From positions 199,746,515 to 199,810,514 of the forward strand of contig NC_068981.1 of NCBI RefSeq assembly GCF_001194135.2: a DNA stretch of 64,000 bases. The letters are read 5' to 3'. The stretch is from Octopus bimaculoides (taxonomy: Eukaryota). The notes under the pieces were generated by a model, which was given only the letters and a program-made list of their open reading frames with translations, made no database searches and was not told where the DNA came from. The position numbers were made by a program, and so were the translations under genes. Positions 1-12,312 of this stretch are shown here, piece after piece (the first letter of the stretch is position 1; each line of letters opens with the position of its first letter).

Positions 1-1496
1 AATTGTTATTGAGTAGCTTTAAGTCAGTTCTGATCCAGCAGCAATCTTATGGCCCACTAGCAGTGGGTCCTTTCTTAGAATTAGTTAAGTTTCATAATTT
101 GCTATTTGCCAAAATATTCACAAATTATTGAACTGTTTGCAAATTTGACCAAAAAAAAAAATCTTATTATATTTCATAATTTTAGAAAATGTTCTTTCTG
201 AGAAACGTGTTGTATATTTTTTGATCCCAGCAACAAAATCATTTTGACCACAGATTCTAGCTAGTACTCAATCTCAGTTAAGTGAAGCCTTACCAACTGT
301 ATGGGTTACAAAATATGTCATTTTTTTTTTTTTACTTGGAAGTAAATTCTTGCTCACATCTAAACTTTGTCTTGAATTCAGTTTAAATCTAAACAAGGAA
401 ATTTCTAAACGATCCTTCAAGAATACTGCTGAGGTCATAATAGCTGACAGCATTTACCTTTGATTTTTCATTTGTTAACGAAACACACTTCTTTATGCTG
501 ATGTATTCTTTTAAATAAATTTTAGGGCACAATCTCATTAAGTTAATAATGATGAGATTTTAATCACTGGATAGAAACTAACACATTACATCGAACCCTA
601 TCATAAAAATTAAAGTGAAAGAAATCAATACATGCATGGGTCAGACAGAAGAATTCATTGCGGAAAGTTTTCTATGGCCCGATGCCCTTCCTGTTGCCCA
701 CTCTCGCCTATTTCCAAGCAAATTTGGTTTACAGCTGTTTCCAGTAGTCATTATAAGTACATTGATCAATTGAGGCAAATTGAACGACCTAAGAAAATTA
801 ATACAACTTTCATCGGAGCCATTTCGAGATATAACAAGCAGAGCACTTGAGGAATGGCTATTGTGGGAGTGGGGGAATGGGGTGGATGAGGATGTTCATG
901 CAGAATAGAGAACAGGGAAAGACAGGTTACAAAGGGGCTGGAAGCAAGTAAGGTCTCTTAGTAGAAGTAGGGGCATTGTATTGCCAAACTTTGGTCAGTA
1001 GCAAATAGTTGAAAAATCCACATCATATGTTATGTGTAGCTGAAAGAACTCAGATCCAAGAACTGTAAGTCACTGTTGAACCTTAGAGTCAAAATTTTCA
1101 ACAGTTGTAAGCATATGCCCTAAGTTCCTCTTGGAGAATTGGGAAGTACCCCCCCCCCCCCAACTAGATTAAATAACTGTAATATAACCTAAACCACTAT
1201 TTTTTTTCAGCCTTATATTTTATGGTCTAAGGGAAATAACTCTTATTCCTCTTTCGTTTCTTTCTGATTGCTTTCCCATTTGTGCTTTTGCAACCTCCCA
1301 CTTTTTATATATTCTTGCTTCTTGCCTTTTCTCTCGTCCCATTTTTAGTTTGTTCTGCCACGTGGGCAGTTTCTGATGATCGTGCTAGGACACCAGACAT
1401 GTTATAAAAATGTTTGGCATGTTCTCAGCATACGAAACTAATAGTAAGTAGCACATAAAAGCATATACTGTGTTTATTAAATAATACATACATACT

Positions 1497-1532
<36 letters not shown>

Positions 1533-1535
<3 letters not shown>

Positions 1536-1785
1536 GGTGGTTGTCTACTCCTTACACAGAGTTTGACCACCTCCTTCACCTACACCTTAGCCCTTTCATG
1601 GCGTCTGATGTGGCTTTTTAAACCAATGTTTTGAAAAAACACAGATTGCACCTCTGATTTGTACTACCAATACCTGCAGATAAGTTCTGTTCATTGTGGA
1701 TCCTAACATGTCTTTTAAGACCCCCATTCGATTTGCAAGCCCTCTGGCACACACCACATTCAAACGTGTGCACAGACATATAGTC
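1533..1785 (-). mobile_element. 3' end of a non-LTR retrotransposon (RTE-like) ORF2 with C-terminal C2H2-type fingers, ending at a (TA)n tract
   Basis: Minus strand reads FECGVCQRACKSNGGLKRHVRIH...RCNLCFFKT../GLKSHIRRHERAKV* (one frameshift), then a short UTR and (TA)n at about 1499-1532. Confidence 0.55.
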
Positions 1786-1794
1786 AGAATAGTT

Positions 1795-3300
1795 GGTCGA
1801 AGGTGAGATTTGAGGCCAGCCTAGAGTAACGTGGTGGTGGAATAATACGGTAGACGAAGCCATCAGAGCAAAGAAACAGGCCTGGAAGGGTGGGGGTAGC
1901 AGGGAACCGTACCAGATAGCCAAAAGAGAGGCTGGACAACAGGTACACATAGCCAAGGGTGAAGCAGAAAAGAAGTTTGCCAATGTCCAGCGACTTGAGG
2001 ACCAAAGAACTGAAGTATTCCGGATTGCAAGAAAATTGTGATGTCACAGGAGAGAAATGTGTCCACATGGATGATGGTGCACTTGCTTTTAATGATTCAG
2101 AAAGAAAGATGCTTGGAAAAGCCTTTATGAAAGACTGGTGAACGTGGAGAATGAATGGGAGGAGGAGAGCCTGCAAAATGTTGACCCAGTATCGGGACCA
2201 GCTATCCAAATAGCACCCTGGTAGATAAAGCAATTAAGGATATGAAGCCAGGAAAAGCTCTGGTCCATCAGGAATCACCACTGAGATGCTTAAAACATCC
2301 GGTGGTGTGGGTTATGGCCTAGTCACCCGTATTGTAAACCAGGCAGTTCATGATGGAGTCCTACACAAATGACTGGAGTAACAGCACCATAGTCAACTGC
2401 TACAAAGGTAAAGGTGATGCTTTAGATAGAAATAACTACAGGGGTATCAAACTTCTGGATCAGGTGATGAAGGTCACAGAGAGGGTCATAGCCCAACTAG
2501 TTAGGGAGACAGTCTGCTTAGATGCAGTTCAGTTTTGTGCCAGGTAGAAGCACCACTGATGCTATATTCCTGGCACAGCAACTGCAGGAGACATACCTAG
2601 CCAAAGATAAACCCCTATATTTGGCTTTTGTGAAGTTGAAGAAAGCCTTTGACAGAGTCCCCGATCCCTTATCTAGTAGGTGATGTGGAAACGGGATTGA
2701 CGAATGGTTAATAAGGCCCTATACAGAGATGCCGTCAATAGGGTTAGGATTAGAAATGAGTATAGTGAAAAATTCCAGGTAGAAGTAGGAGTCCACCAAG
2801 GATCAGCCCTCAGCCCCCTCCCTCCAGGCAATAACAGAGGAATTCAAAACAGGTTGCCCCTGGGAATTCCTCTATGCTGATGACCTGGCCCTCTGAGCAG
2901 AATCACTACCAGAACTAGAGAAGAAACTTCAAATGTGGAAGCAAGGTTTAGAATCGAAAGACCTTAGAGTCAATGTTGTAAAGACCAAAGTTCTAGTAAG
3001 TAGGAAGGCGAACACATCACACACCTCTTCAGGTAGATGACCCTACTCAATCTGTAGAAAAGGTGTAGGTAGAAACTCCATAAGATGTACCCAATGTAAG
3101 CTATGGACACATAAGAGGTGCAGCAACATCAAAGGAAGATTAACCGGGAAGATAGCTTTCGTGTGCGGCAGATGCACAGGAGCAATAAACACCACAGAAG
3201 CTCAGAAAACAGATTTCATCACATGCCTGGGGAGAAACTAGAAGTAGTTGATAGCTTCAGCTACCTAGGTGACCAAGTCTGTAGTGGGGGTGGATGCTTA
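1795..3300 (+). mobile_element. RTE-clade LINE ORF2 relic (reverse transcriptase region), frameshifted
   Basis: Pieces TWWWNN, KAPGPSGITTEMLK, DWSNSTIVNCYKGKGDALDRNNYRGIKLLDQVMKV, KAFDRVP, GVHQGSALSP, LYADDL (2871-2885), LEVVDSFSYLGD; several stops and frameshifts. Confidence 0.9.
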
Positions 3301-3539
3301 GATTTTGTGGGGGAAGACAGATTTGAACAGTCTCAAGTGTAACTGCCTGAAACTCTAAGGATAATCTGGAACTTGACTGATGAGAGAAGGCTGCAAATGA
3401 CTCATCCTTGTTTTCTCCTGTCTGTCTTTTTATTATTTTTCCTGTCCGTCTTCGCATCGTCTATCTGTCCAGATGTTTTATTGTCGTCTCTTGCGTTCTT
3501 GTTCCATTTTTTTGGATATGCGCCAACCAAAAAAACCTT

Positions 3540-4525
3540 TAAAAACACCTGACAAGGGCAGAATACAAATCAGAGAATGAATCAGAATTCTTAGTAAAAG
3601 AATGTGGAACGTGTAACAACATCAACAACTTCAAATACTTGGAAAGTGGTTCCCAAATAAAATTGAAGAGCAGATCCCTTTCCAAAATAAATGCAGATAT
3701 GAATTGCAAAATGCAAAACCTCATATATTGCATTACCTGTCCAAACTGCAAAGAAAATTACATTGGTGAAACAAATAATTCCCTCAGCCAACATGCAAGA
3801 ATCCACAGGCAACATGTCTGACAAGAGGAATTACGCAGGATTCCATTAAGTAAGCATCTGGAAATATGCAGCGACAGAAAATTCAAAACTTTTCTCTTTT
3901 ACAAAAGTGCACGGGACGATCCAAAATACAAAAAGCAATGGAACTACATTTCATCAAAACAATCTCTCCAAAATTGAATGTTTGAAAGAAAAGCAGAGAC
4001 AGTAAATTTTGTAAGTGTTATGCTAATGTTCTCTAATGCAAAATCATGAAATTGAAAGAGGCGTGATTGAAGTTACGCAATATAAACATGGACATGTTCC
4101 CAACCACACACACTTCATCAAGGGATTCTCCCTAAAATTGAATGTTTGAAGGTAAAGTGGAGAACTTGAATTCTTTATTCCAAATGTGGCTCATCTCTAC
4201 AAATATTCAGATATATATGTGTGTAGCATCGGAACTTTAGATTTCTGGATTTAATTGCGATCCATTTTCCCTTCCTCTAATTTAAACTTTTAGTATAGCG
4301 TTCATAGCCTCTCTCCCTTAATAGCTCCCTGTAAACCAGTGTTCTTGTTTCTAACAGTCATTTACTTAGCTATATAATGTTATAACACGTACGCAACCTT
4401 AGCATTTAGTGCTCGTCTTGCTTTTTGTATGTTTGTTCCCTGAAGATGAATTTATGTGCAATTCCAGCACCTCTTACTTCTTTGGAGTAGAGTGCACATA
4501 TATTTTGAAACATATGTAGGAATTA
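3540..4525 (+). mobile_element. Penelope-like element 3' part (GIY-YIG endonuclease relic plus 3' tail)
   Basis: NCKMQNLIYCITCPNCKENYIGETNNSLSQHARIHRQH (ORF 3639-3821) is a GIY-YIG motif; it ends FIKTISPKLNV*; the terminal piece ctcc-aaaattgaatgtttgaa is repeated at about 4127-4151. Confidence 0.8.
4436..4522 (+). ncRNA. Type I hammerhead ribozyme motif (Penelope-associated, minimal palindromic stem III)
   Basis: TTCC(4436-39)-CTGAAGA(4440-46)-long stem II (4447-60 pairs with 4493-4506)-GAAA(4507-10)-CATATG-TA-GGAA(4519-22); predicted cleavage after GUA at 4518. Confidence 0.7.
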
Positions 4526-4882
4526 AAGGAACTTATTGATTACACGTGTTTTGCTCCATTTATTTTCATTCTTCATATATANNNNNNNNNNNNNNNNNNN
4601 NNNNNNNNNNNNNNNNNNNNNNNNNNNNNNNNNNNNNNNNNNNNNNNNNNNNNNNNNNNNNNNNNNNNNNNNNNNNNNNNNNNNNNNNNNNNNNNNNNNN
4701 NNNNNNNNNNNNNNNNNNNNNNNNNNNNNNNNNNNNNNNNNNNNNNNNNNNNNNNNNNNNNNNNNNNNNNNNNNNNNNNNNNNNNNNNNNNNNNNNNNNN
4801 NNNNNNNNNNNNNNNNNNNNNNNNNNNNNNNNNNNNNNNNNNNNNNNNNNNNNNNNNNNNNNNNNNNNNNNNNNNNNNNNNN

Positions 4883-4920
<38 letters not shown>

Positions 4921-5289
4921 GTATACATATATCATCAGTAGTTCATATATCCCAAAAAGAAGTATACTCTAAAGCAGTAATATATTTTTTTAAGAAGTTA
5001 GATGTTGTGGCCGGCCATAGAGTGACCATTGATTTTGCACCTATAAAGTCCTTAACAGTACAGGTAATCCATCAGGCTCAATTGATCAAAGGCGCATAAC
5101 CTCTCTACAACTGGAGGAAGAAATATGTCAGTTTTGTAAACAAAAAATATTTGACTGTGCATGGATGCTGCGGGTGGGATGGGGTTATTTCTCTTGCACC
5201 AGATCTGGTTATATTCGAAGAAGCTGCAGCAGGGCCTATTCAATGAATGGGGAATTCCAAGCCTGTAGAAGAAAATGTTTCAGATTTTT

Positions 5290-5590
5290 TCGAGCGGGAT
5301 CGTTGCTGGTGCCCCTGGGCTGGCTCTTGTGCGGGTGACACATGAGGTTTCTCGAGCGAGATGAGCGTGGCCTTTGCCAGTACCGCCTGACTGGCCTTCG
5401 TGCGGGTGACACGTAAAAGCACCCACTACACTCTCTGAGTGGTTGGCGTTAGGAAGGGCATCCAGCTGTAGAAACTCTGCCAAATCAGACTGGAGCCTGG
5501 TGTTGCCATCCGGTTTCACCAGTCCTCAGTCAAATCGTCCAACCCATGCTAGCATGGAAAGCGGACGTTAAACGATGATGATGATGATGA
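5290..5590 (+). mobile_element. RTE LINE 3' UTR/tail (young subfamily) ending in (GAT)n
   Basis: ...ttaggaagggcatccagctgtagaaactctgcc...ccatgctagcatggaaagcggacgttaaacgatgatgat; the same tail follows the ORF2 stop at 23128-23130. Re-read after the gap at 5784-5970 (probable assembly overlap). Confidence 0.8.
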
Positions 5591-6214
5591 CATTGANNNN
5601 NNNNNNNNNNNNNNNNNNNNNNNNNNNNNNNNNNNNNNNNNNNNNNNNNNNNNNNNNNNNNNNNNNNNNNNNNNNNNNNNNNNNNNNNNNNNNNNNNNNN
5701 NNNNNNNNNNNNNNNNNNNNNNNNNNNNNNNNNNNNNNNNNNNNNNNNNNNNNNNNNNNNNNNNNNNNNNNNNNNNNNNNNNNGTGGGTGACACGTAAAA
5801 GCACTCACTACACTCTCTGAGTGGTTGGCGTTAGGAAGGGCATCCAGCTGTAGAAACTCTGCCAAATCAGACTGGAGCCTGGTGTTGCCATCCGGTTTCA
5901 CCAGTCCTCAGTCAAATCGTCCAACCCATGCTAGCATGGAAAGCGGACGTTAAACGATGATGATGATGATGACATTGACTAAAAACTTCTTTCATGAAGA
6001 CTTTTAGAAAGGTCCCCAGGTTGAGCAAGTTTTTTAGGATTTTTGCTCTCTCGCTGCCAAGCCAAGCTTATATTGTTTGCTCCCATCTATATAAGTCCCT
6101 GGTTGTTGGAAGAGCTTCCATTTCATAATGTATGAGCTTCTTACCTATTTTAAGCGCCACATGAGGCTGCCAGGGATGCAATGTTGCACAGCATCACATC
6201 CCTGAGTGCAAACA

Positions 6215-6825
6215 GGCAGTGAAACATAGGCTGTGACTGAAGAGAACATGCGAAGGCTTGAAAGAAATGAAGCTAGTATGCTTCACTGGATGTGCAATGC
6301 CAGTGTGCATTTATGACTGAGTGTAAATGTCTTGAGAGAAAAATTGGGTATAAGAGATATTAGATATGGTGTGCAAGAGAGAAGACTACGTTGCTATAAT
6401 CATGCCATGCATATAGATGAGAACAGCAACATAAAGAAGTGCCCATCTTGAGCTGTGAAGGGAACCTGAAGAAGAGGTAGACATGGGATGAGGGTTGAAG
6501 CATGATCTTGAGATGCTGAGTCTCACAGAGGCAATAAGAGATTGACCCTTAATAATTTGCTGTGCCTGAGAAGACACATCAAGTCAAGTGAAATTATAGT
6601 CATGGCCAGTGCTTATAACCCATAAAAGGCACTTGAGCCAGTGACAAGTAAAAGGCACCTACTACACTCTTGGAGTGGTTGGTGTTAGAAAGGGCATTCC
6701 ACCATAGAAACCAAGCCAAACCAGACTGGAGTCTGGTACAGCTCTCCGGCTTAACAGTTCCAGTCAAACTATCTAACCCATGCCAACTAAGAAAAATGAT
6801 GCTAAATGATGATGATGATGATACA
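6215..6825 (+). mobile_element. 5'-truncated RTE LINE (ORF2 C-terminus plus 3' UTR), old copy
   Basis: GSET.AVTEENMRRLERNEASMLHWMCN...LREKLGIRDIRYGVQERRL, followed by a diverged 3' UTR and (GAT)n. Confidence 0.8.
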
Positions 6826-6845
6826 TACATACATATATATATATA

Positions 6846-7697
6846 CAGAGTGTGGTGAATAAACTGTCATCTAAATTACACAAAAATGAAAATAACATTG
6901 ACATCTCATTTTAACAGATATATTTAGCAAAATTGTGTAAAAATACCTTGAAATACGAAAGAGTAAATTTATTCAATAAAATTGCCATTGGCTTCAACCA
7001 TGGTTTCCAGACTTCTTTCGAATCTCGTGCAACTCTTCTGGACAGTCTCCTTGTTTAAGCTGGTGAATGCTGCCATAATCCTTGCCTTCAGTTCATCTTT
7101 GGTGTTACAAGGAGTTTTGTTGGTCTCTCGCTCAACTACACCCCACACAAAATAATCAAGAAGATTACAGTCAGGGAAGTTAGGTGGCCAGATGTTAGGG
7201 GTGATGGTGTCACAGAAATTGTCTGACAGCCAAGACTGGATTCTCCTGCTTGTGTGGCATGGTGCAGAGTCCTGTTGCCAGACACAGGGTCTTCCAGCAG
7301 CCACCCTCTTGACCCAGGACAGCACTACCTCATACAGGCCTGTGTTGAGTCTGAGGCCATGTGGGAAAATAAATGGACACATAACGTAACCATCACTAGT
7401 GATTGCCCTAAACACCATGATGTTGACTGAATGTTTGATTTCTATCACTCTCGGTACATATGTCCTCAGATGGCATTGTCGTCAGATTGAGACCCAAACA
7501 CTCTGAAATGTTTGTATTGGAGCTTATGGTGCAAATGCCAAATAGTCATTTCCAAATTTCTGGCATAGTGAATAGTGTCATGGTGGTGTTTTTCTCACAG
7601 ATGGTGCCCAACTGACCCTACTATAGTTAACAAAATTAAAAACAAACAATGCACATGCACAAAATTAAAAATGGCAACAATTTACCCATCAGCCTTG
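6846..7697 (-). mobile_element. Internally deleted Tc1/mariner-superfamily transposon, DD37D (maT-type) transposase C-terminus
   Basis: ORF 6969-7448: WQQDSAPCHTS...WPPNFPDCNLLDYFVWG with 37 residues between the second and third Asp; begins ta|cagagtgtggtgaataa at about 6846; right TIR degenerate. Confidence 0.8.
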
Positions 7698-7950
7698 TGA
7701 GTGGATTTGGTTGGCAGAAACTGAAAGAAGCCCATCATATGTGTGTGTGTGTGTGTGTGTTTTTCCCCCTCCCCATCGCTTGACAACTAATGTTGCTGTG
7801 TTTACGTCCCTGTAACTTTCTTGTTCGGCAAAAGAGACCAACAGAATAAGTACTAGGCTTACAAAGAATAAGTCCTGGGGTCAATTTCTTTGAATAAAGG
7901 CAGTGCTCCAGCATGGCCACAGTCAAATGACCGAAACAAATAAAAGAATA
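7690..7950 (+). mobile_element. tRNA-derived SINE family with central (TG)/(TA) microsatellite, 3' half
   Basis: gccttgtgagtggatttgg...aaactgaaagaagccc...(tg)n...ctccagcatggccacagtcaaatgaccgaaac; homologous copies at 14250-14600, 47195-47330, 55955-56166 and 57276-57435. Confidence 0.7.
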
Positions 7951-7962
7951 TANNNNNNNNNN

Positions 7963-8014
<52 letters not shown>

Positions 8015-8015
<1 letters not shown>

Positions 8016-8510
8016 CAGTGGCATGTAAGAGTATTCATTTCACTCCCGGAGTGGTTGGTGTTAGGAAGAGCATCCAGCTGTAGAAACCATGCCACATCAG
8101 CCTGGAACCTGGTGCAGCTCTCTGGCTCATCAGCTCCAAAACCATCTAATCCATGCCAGCATGGAGAGCAGACATTCAATGATGATGATAATATATACAT
8201 AGATATAGATATACACATATCAGTGTGCATGTATGACAAAGTGCAAATGTGCTGAGAGAAAAGTTGGCAGAAGAGGAATCAGATACAGCACGCAAGAGAG
8301 AAGACTGCATTGGTTTGGACATGTGATGCGTAGAAATGAAGACAGCTGTATAAAGTGTCAATCACTGAAAGTGGAGTGTACCTGTGAAAGATAGAAACCC
8401 AGGGAAATATGGAGTGGCGTAAAGAGAGCTGATTTGAAGATGTTGGGCTTCACAGAGGAGATGACAATGGACCAAGATGTCGGGTGGTGTGAAGTTCTAC
8501 ACAGCTCAGC
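8015..8510 (+). mobile_element. Old RTE 3' tail followed by an RTE ORF2 C-terminal fragment
   Basis: Tail to gatgatgat at about 8190, then LREKL...QERRLHWFGHVMR..EDSCIK.C homology. Confidence 0.6.
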
Positions 8511-9629
8511 GAAACTGAGTTCTGGAACTGCTGTGTGTTCCATCCACATGCAACATTAAATTTTTCACACATCCTACTCCAATAAACCAAATTACTTCTC
8601 TTCATCCCCTCTCCACTTCTTCACACACTATGTGTATCTCTCCCACCCCACTCCTGTTCTCCCTGCCCTGTCTACGTTCATGTGAACTCTGTACTCATGC
8701 AACTGAGCAGTGCTCTACAAAGCCATTAATATTCTCATCCTTGTACCTCAAGAGTATGCTCCAGCACATTGCCACCATATCTCCTTCACTCCCACTCATT
8801 CTTGTTCTCTCCCATTCTCACTTGCTTTGCCTCTCTCTCCCTCTCACTGCAATAACCAGGTATCCCTCCCCTCTACGGTCAGACATCTGTTTTTGTCTCT
8901 CTGTCATACTCTAACCTCTCATCACCTGGCAAAAAGCCACCTCCTTCAATATCTTTGCCTTGCAAGTTATTTGGTGGTCTTGCTGGTGCCACATAAAAAG
9001 TATCCAATCCACTCTGTAAATTGGTTGGCATTAGGAAGGTCATCCAGCTGTAGAAACTATGCCAAACCAGCCCTCTTTACACTTTTATGGAACATCCCCC
9101 TCTATCACTTCTACTACTTATACCCCCCCCACACACACACACACTTCCCTATGGGTAGACCTGCTGCTAATTCTCACTCTGACTCTTTCTGTCTTTCTCT
9201 CTCCCACCTGATCCTGCTCGGGTAGTCAAGTATCTCCTCTATAATAAGTCAACTATCTTTGTCTCTTTATCATATTCCAATCTCTCACCTGACACACAGT
9301 CACTTTGCTCAGTTCCACTCCCTCTCTCAGCTATTTGGTGACTCCACTGGTGCTGGTGCCATATAAAAAGCATCTGTTTTGGCTCACTATAAAAAATACT
9401 CATATAAATGCTTATTGAAAGGCTTTAGGATATCGTTTTTGCTGCAATACGCAGATCCTCTCAAGCACAGCAAAATGCCAATCATCTCAGTCCTTTGTCC
9501 TCTGTAAGACCCCAACATCTTGGGATCAGCCTTCAATACTGCATCCCATATCTTCCTGTGTCTCCCTTTTCCATGAGTTTCATCCACTTGCACCTTATTA
9601 TTAGCATAATTATAGATAAGGTAACAAGC

Positions 9630-10100
9630 TGGCAGAATCATTAGTGCACTGGACACAATGCTTCATGACATTTCATCTGTCACGAGTTCAAATTCTGCCG
9701 AGGTTGACTTTGCCTTTCATCAGTTTGGAGTTGATAAAATAAAAACCAGTTGAACATTGGGATTAATGTTGCTGATTAATCCCCGCTCACCCCAAAATTT
9801 CAGGTCTTGTACCTAGAAAAGATTATTATTATAAATAGAAAAATAATAAGAAGTAAAACAGAAAGTAGGCTGAAATGTAAAGAGATTGTAAGCTTATAGA
9901 AATTAACAAAGTAGAACTGTGAAATATTAATTATTGCTCAACTTCTGATGTTGATACAGTGCAGCCATGAGTGTGTGTTTAAAAAGTTTGCTTCCTAACC
10001 CATGGTTCCGGGTTCAATCTCCTTGCATGGCATCTTTGGCAAGTGTCTTCCACTATAGCCCTGGGTCAACCAAAGCTTTGTGATTACATTTCGTTAATGG
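9630..10100 (+). mobile_element. Two adjacent SINE heads (tRNA-like A/B boxes)
   Basis: ggcagaatcattagtgcac...gagttcaaattctgccgagg (9631-9700) and aagtttgcttcctaacccatggttccgggttcaatc...ggcaagtgtcttc (about 9985-10080). Confidence 0.55.
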
Positions 10101-11308
10101 AGATGACAAAGGACCAAGACGATTGCTGATTCACTGTACTCAAGAAAACCTGTCCAACACAACAAAAATAACATTCTAAGAGCATTCTGGTTAGGCTTCT
10201 AACCCATTTTACCCCACCAAGCATTCTTCACACGTTGTTCCCCTCACACCCAGCCCTTCATCATTCCGCTATATAAGGCACTACCTGAAGGCTGTAACCA
10301 CCTCAGAGTAGTATGGACACTCATGACGCCTTCCCATTACCCCTCCCCCCAATACTATTTCACTAATCATCTTTCATCTCTCTGCTCCGTTCCATTAAAC
10401 ATCTCATACCTGCTTTCATTCTCCTCAGCACCCTTGCATCTATGCCATCACACCCCACACACTATAGCTCCTCCTCTACATCTCCTTCCATTTCCACTTC
10501 ATAATCTTCCCCTCAACCTTCTGTTCTCTCCCTCCTGAGCCACTTCCATCTCTTCTCTACACACGTCCCATTAACCAAACCTCTTTTACTTTCATCTCCT
10601 ACCACCTCTTACTTTCCCCTCACCTATTGTTTCTATCCTTTCTTAGACTCACCTTCTTGCATCCTGAGAGTTTGCTCTTACACTGCATCACACACATCTT
10701 TATCCTCTTCCAACTACTTTGACACTCCTATATAATGTGGTAGCCACATACCCCCCCCCCCTCATGCTTGTCCCTCTATCATACTTTAGTCTTGGCATAA
10801 ACTCATCTCGTCACTGCCTTTAACACTCCCCTCATTAAGTAGGATGAGTTCCCCTCCGCCCACTTTTTCTTGCTCTCTGTTTGTCTTGTGAGTTACTCAA
10901 CAAAATCGCTTGTGCCAGTGGTACGAAAAGGACCTTTTCTGTTGCTGTCACCGATCTTAATTTTTTAAAATTTTATATTAATTGTTTTCAAATTTGGTGT
11001 ACTGATGTAGTTTTGTATGCTAACTATGGAAAAGAAATTTACTTTTGTCATAAATTTATAAATAAAAATTAAGAGATTTTTAAAGCTTGCCAATTTTGGG
11101 TAATTTTAGCCAATTGAAAGCCACAGACACATTGGTGCCTGTTTCCATTGTAACAAGCCAAGGTGCTGTCTGATTAAAACGTCTATTTTCTGTGACAAGT
11201 ACCTATTTCCTGAATGTTTCCCTGTTATTCTAATACTAGAAATGACTATTCCAAAAAGTCTGGGAATAAACTGATATACTATGAAATGTGGGAAGAGAAA
11301 ACAGAAAT

Positions 11309-12030
11309 ATCATCATCATCATCATTTAACATCCACTTTCTATGCTGGCATGGGTTGGACGGTTTGACTGAGGTTTGGAAAGCCAGTGGCTGCACCAGGA
11401 TCCAGTCTGGTCTGGCAATGTTTCTACAGCTGGATGCCCTTCCTAACGCCAACCACTCTGAGAGTGTAGTAGGTGCTTTTTATGTGCCACCAGCACAGGG
11501 GCCAGTAAGGCAGTCCTGGCAGTGATCATGTTCAGATGGTGCATTTTATGTGCCACTGGCACAAGAGCCAGTCAGGTGGACCTGATATTGACCACGTTCG
11601 GATAGTGATTTTTACGTGCCATCAGCATGAGAGCCAGCCAGGGGGCACCTGCCCAAGCTACGATATTGGTTTTACTTGACTCAAATGGTCTTCTCAAGCA
11701 TATCATATCGCCCGATGCATCAGGAGTATTCTTAACAGGGCTGGACATGCGTGGCTGCAATCTCACTTTAGTTGCTTGGTCTTCTCAATCGTAACGTATC
11801 TCTAAAGGTCCCAGTCTCCTGTCATTGCCTCTGTGAGGCCCAATGTTCGAAGGTCATACTTCACCACCTCATCCCAAGTCTTCTTGGGTCTACCTCTTCT
11901 ACAGGTTCCTTCAACAGTTAGAGAGTGGCACTTCCTCACATAGCTGTCTTCATTCATACATAACACATCGCCATGCCAGCACAGTCGCCTCTCTTGCACA
12001 CCACATCTGATGCTTCTTATGCCCAACTTT
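11309..12030 (-). mobile_element. 5'-truncated RTE LINE (ORF2 C-terminus plus 3' UTR)
   Basis: ORF 11802-12026: GIRSIRCGVQERRLCWHGDVLCMNEDSYVRKCHSLTVEGTCRRGRPKKTWDEVVKYDLRTLGLTEAM, then UTR and (CAT)n at 11309. Confidence 0.85.
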
Positions 12031-12146
12031 ACTCAGGACACAATTTGATTACAGTAAAAAAAATTAAGAGAGAAGGTAAAAGATGAAGAAAGCAAAGAAA
12101 TAGACACATCTTCTTGCAATCTACAACAGAACAATGAACAGACATT

Positions 12147-12312
12147 CATCATCATCATCATCATCGTTTAACGTCCGCTTTCCATGCTAGCATGGGTTGG
12201 ACGATTTGACTGAGGACTGGTGAAACCGGATGGCAACACCAGGCTCCAGTCTGATTTGGCAGAGTTTCTACAGCTGGATGCCCTTCCTAACGCCAACCAC
12301 TCAGAGAGTGTA
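12147..12312 (-). mobile_element. RTE 3' tail, young subfamily, strongly 5'-truncated
   Basis: Identical by eye to the copies at 5425-5590 and 63768-63930. Confidence 0.85.

Noticed and set aside
4536-4941. Long ORFs made of X and (IY)n, also at 22.9-23.7, 37.6-38.7 and 56.4-57.2 kb
   Set aside because: Artefacts of N gaps and TA microsatellites.
5400-5978. Apparent tandem duplication of an RTE tail (5400-5596 and 5784-5978)
   Set aside because: Both copies end in the same unique flank (gatgacattga) on either side of an N gap, typical of an unmerged contig overlap.
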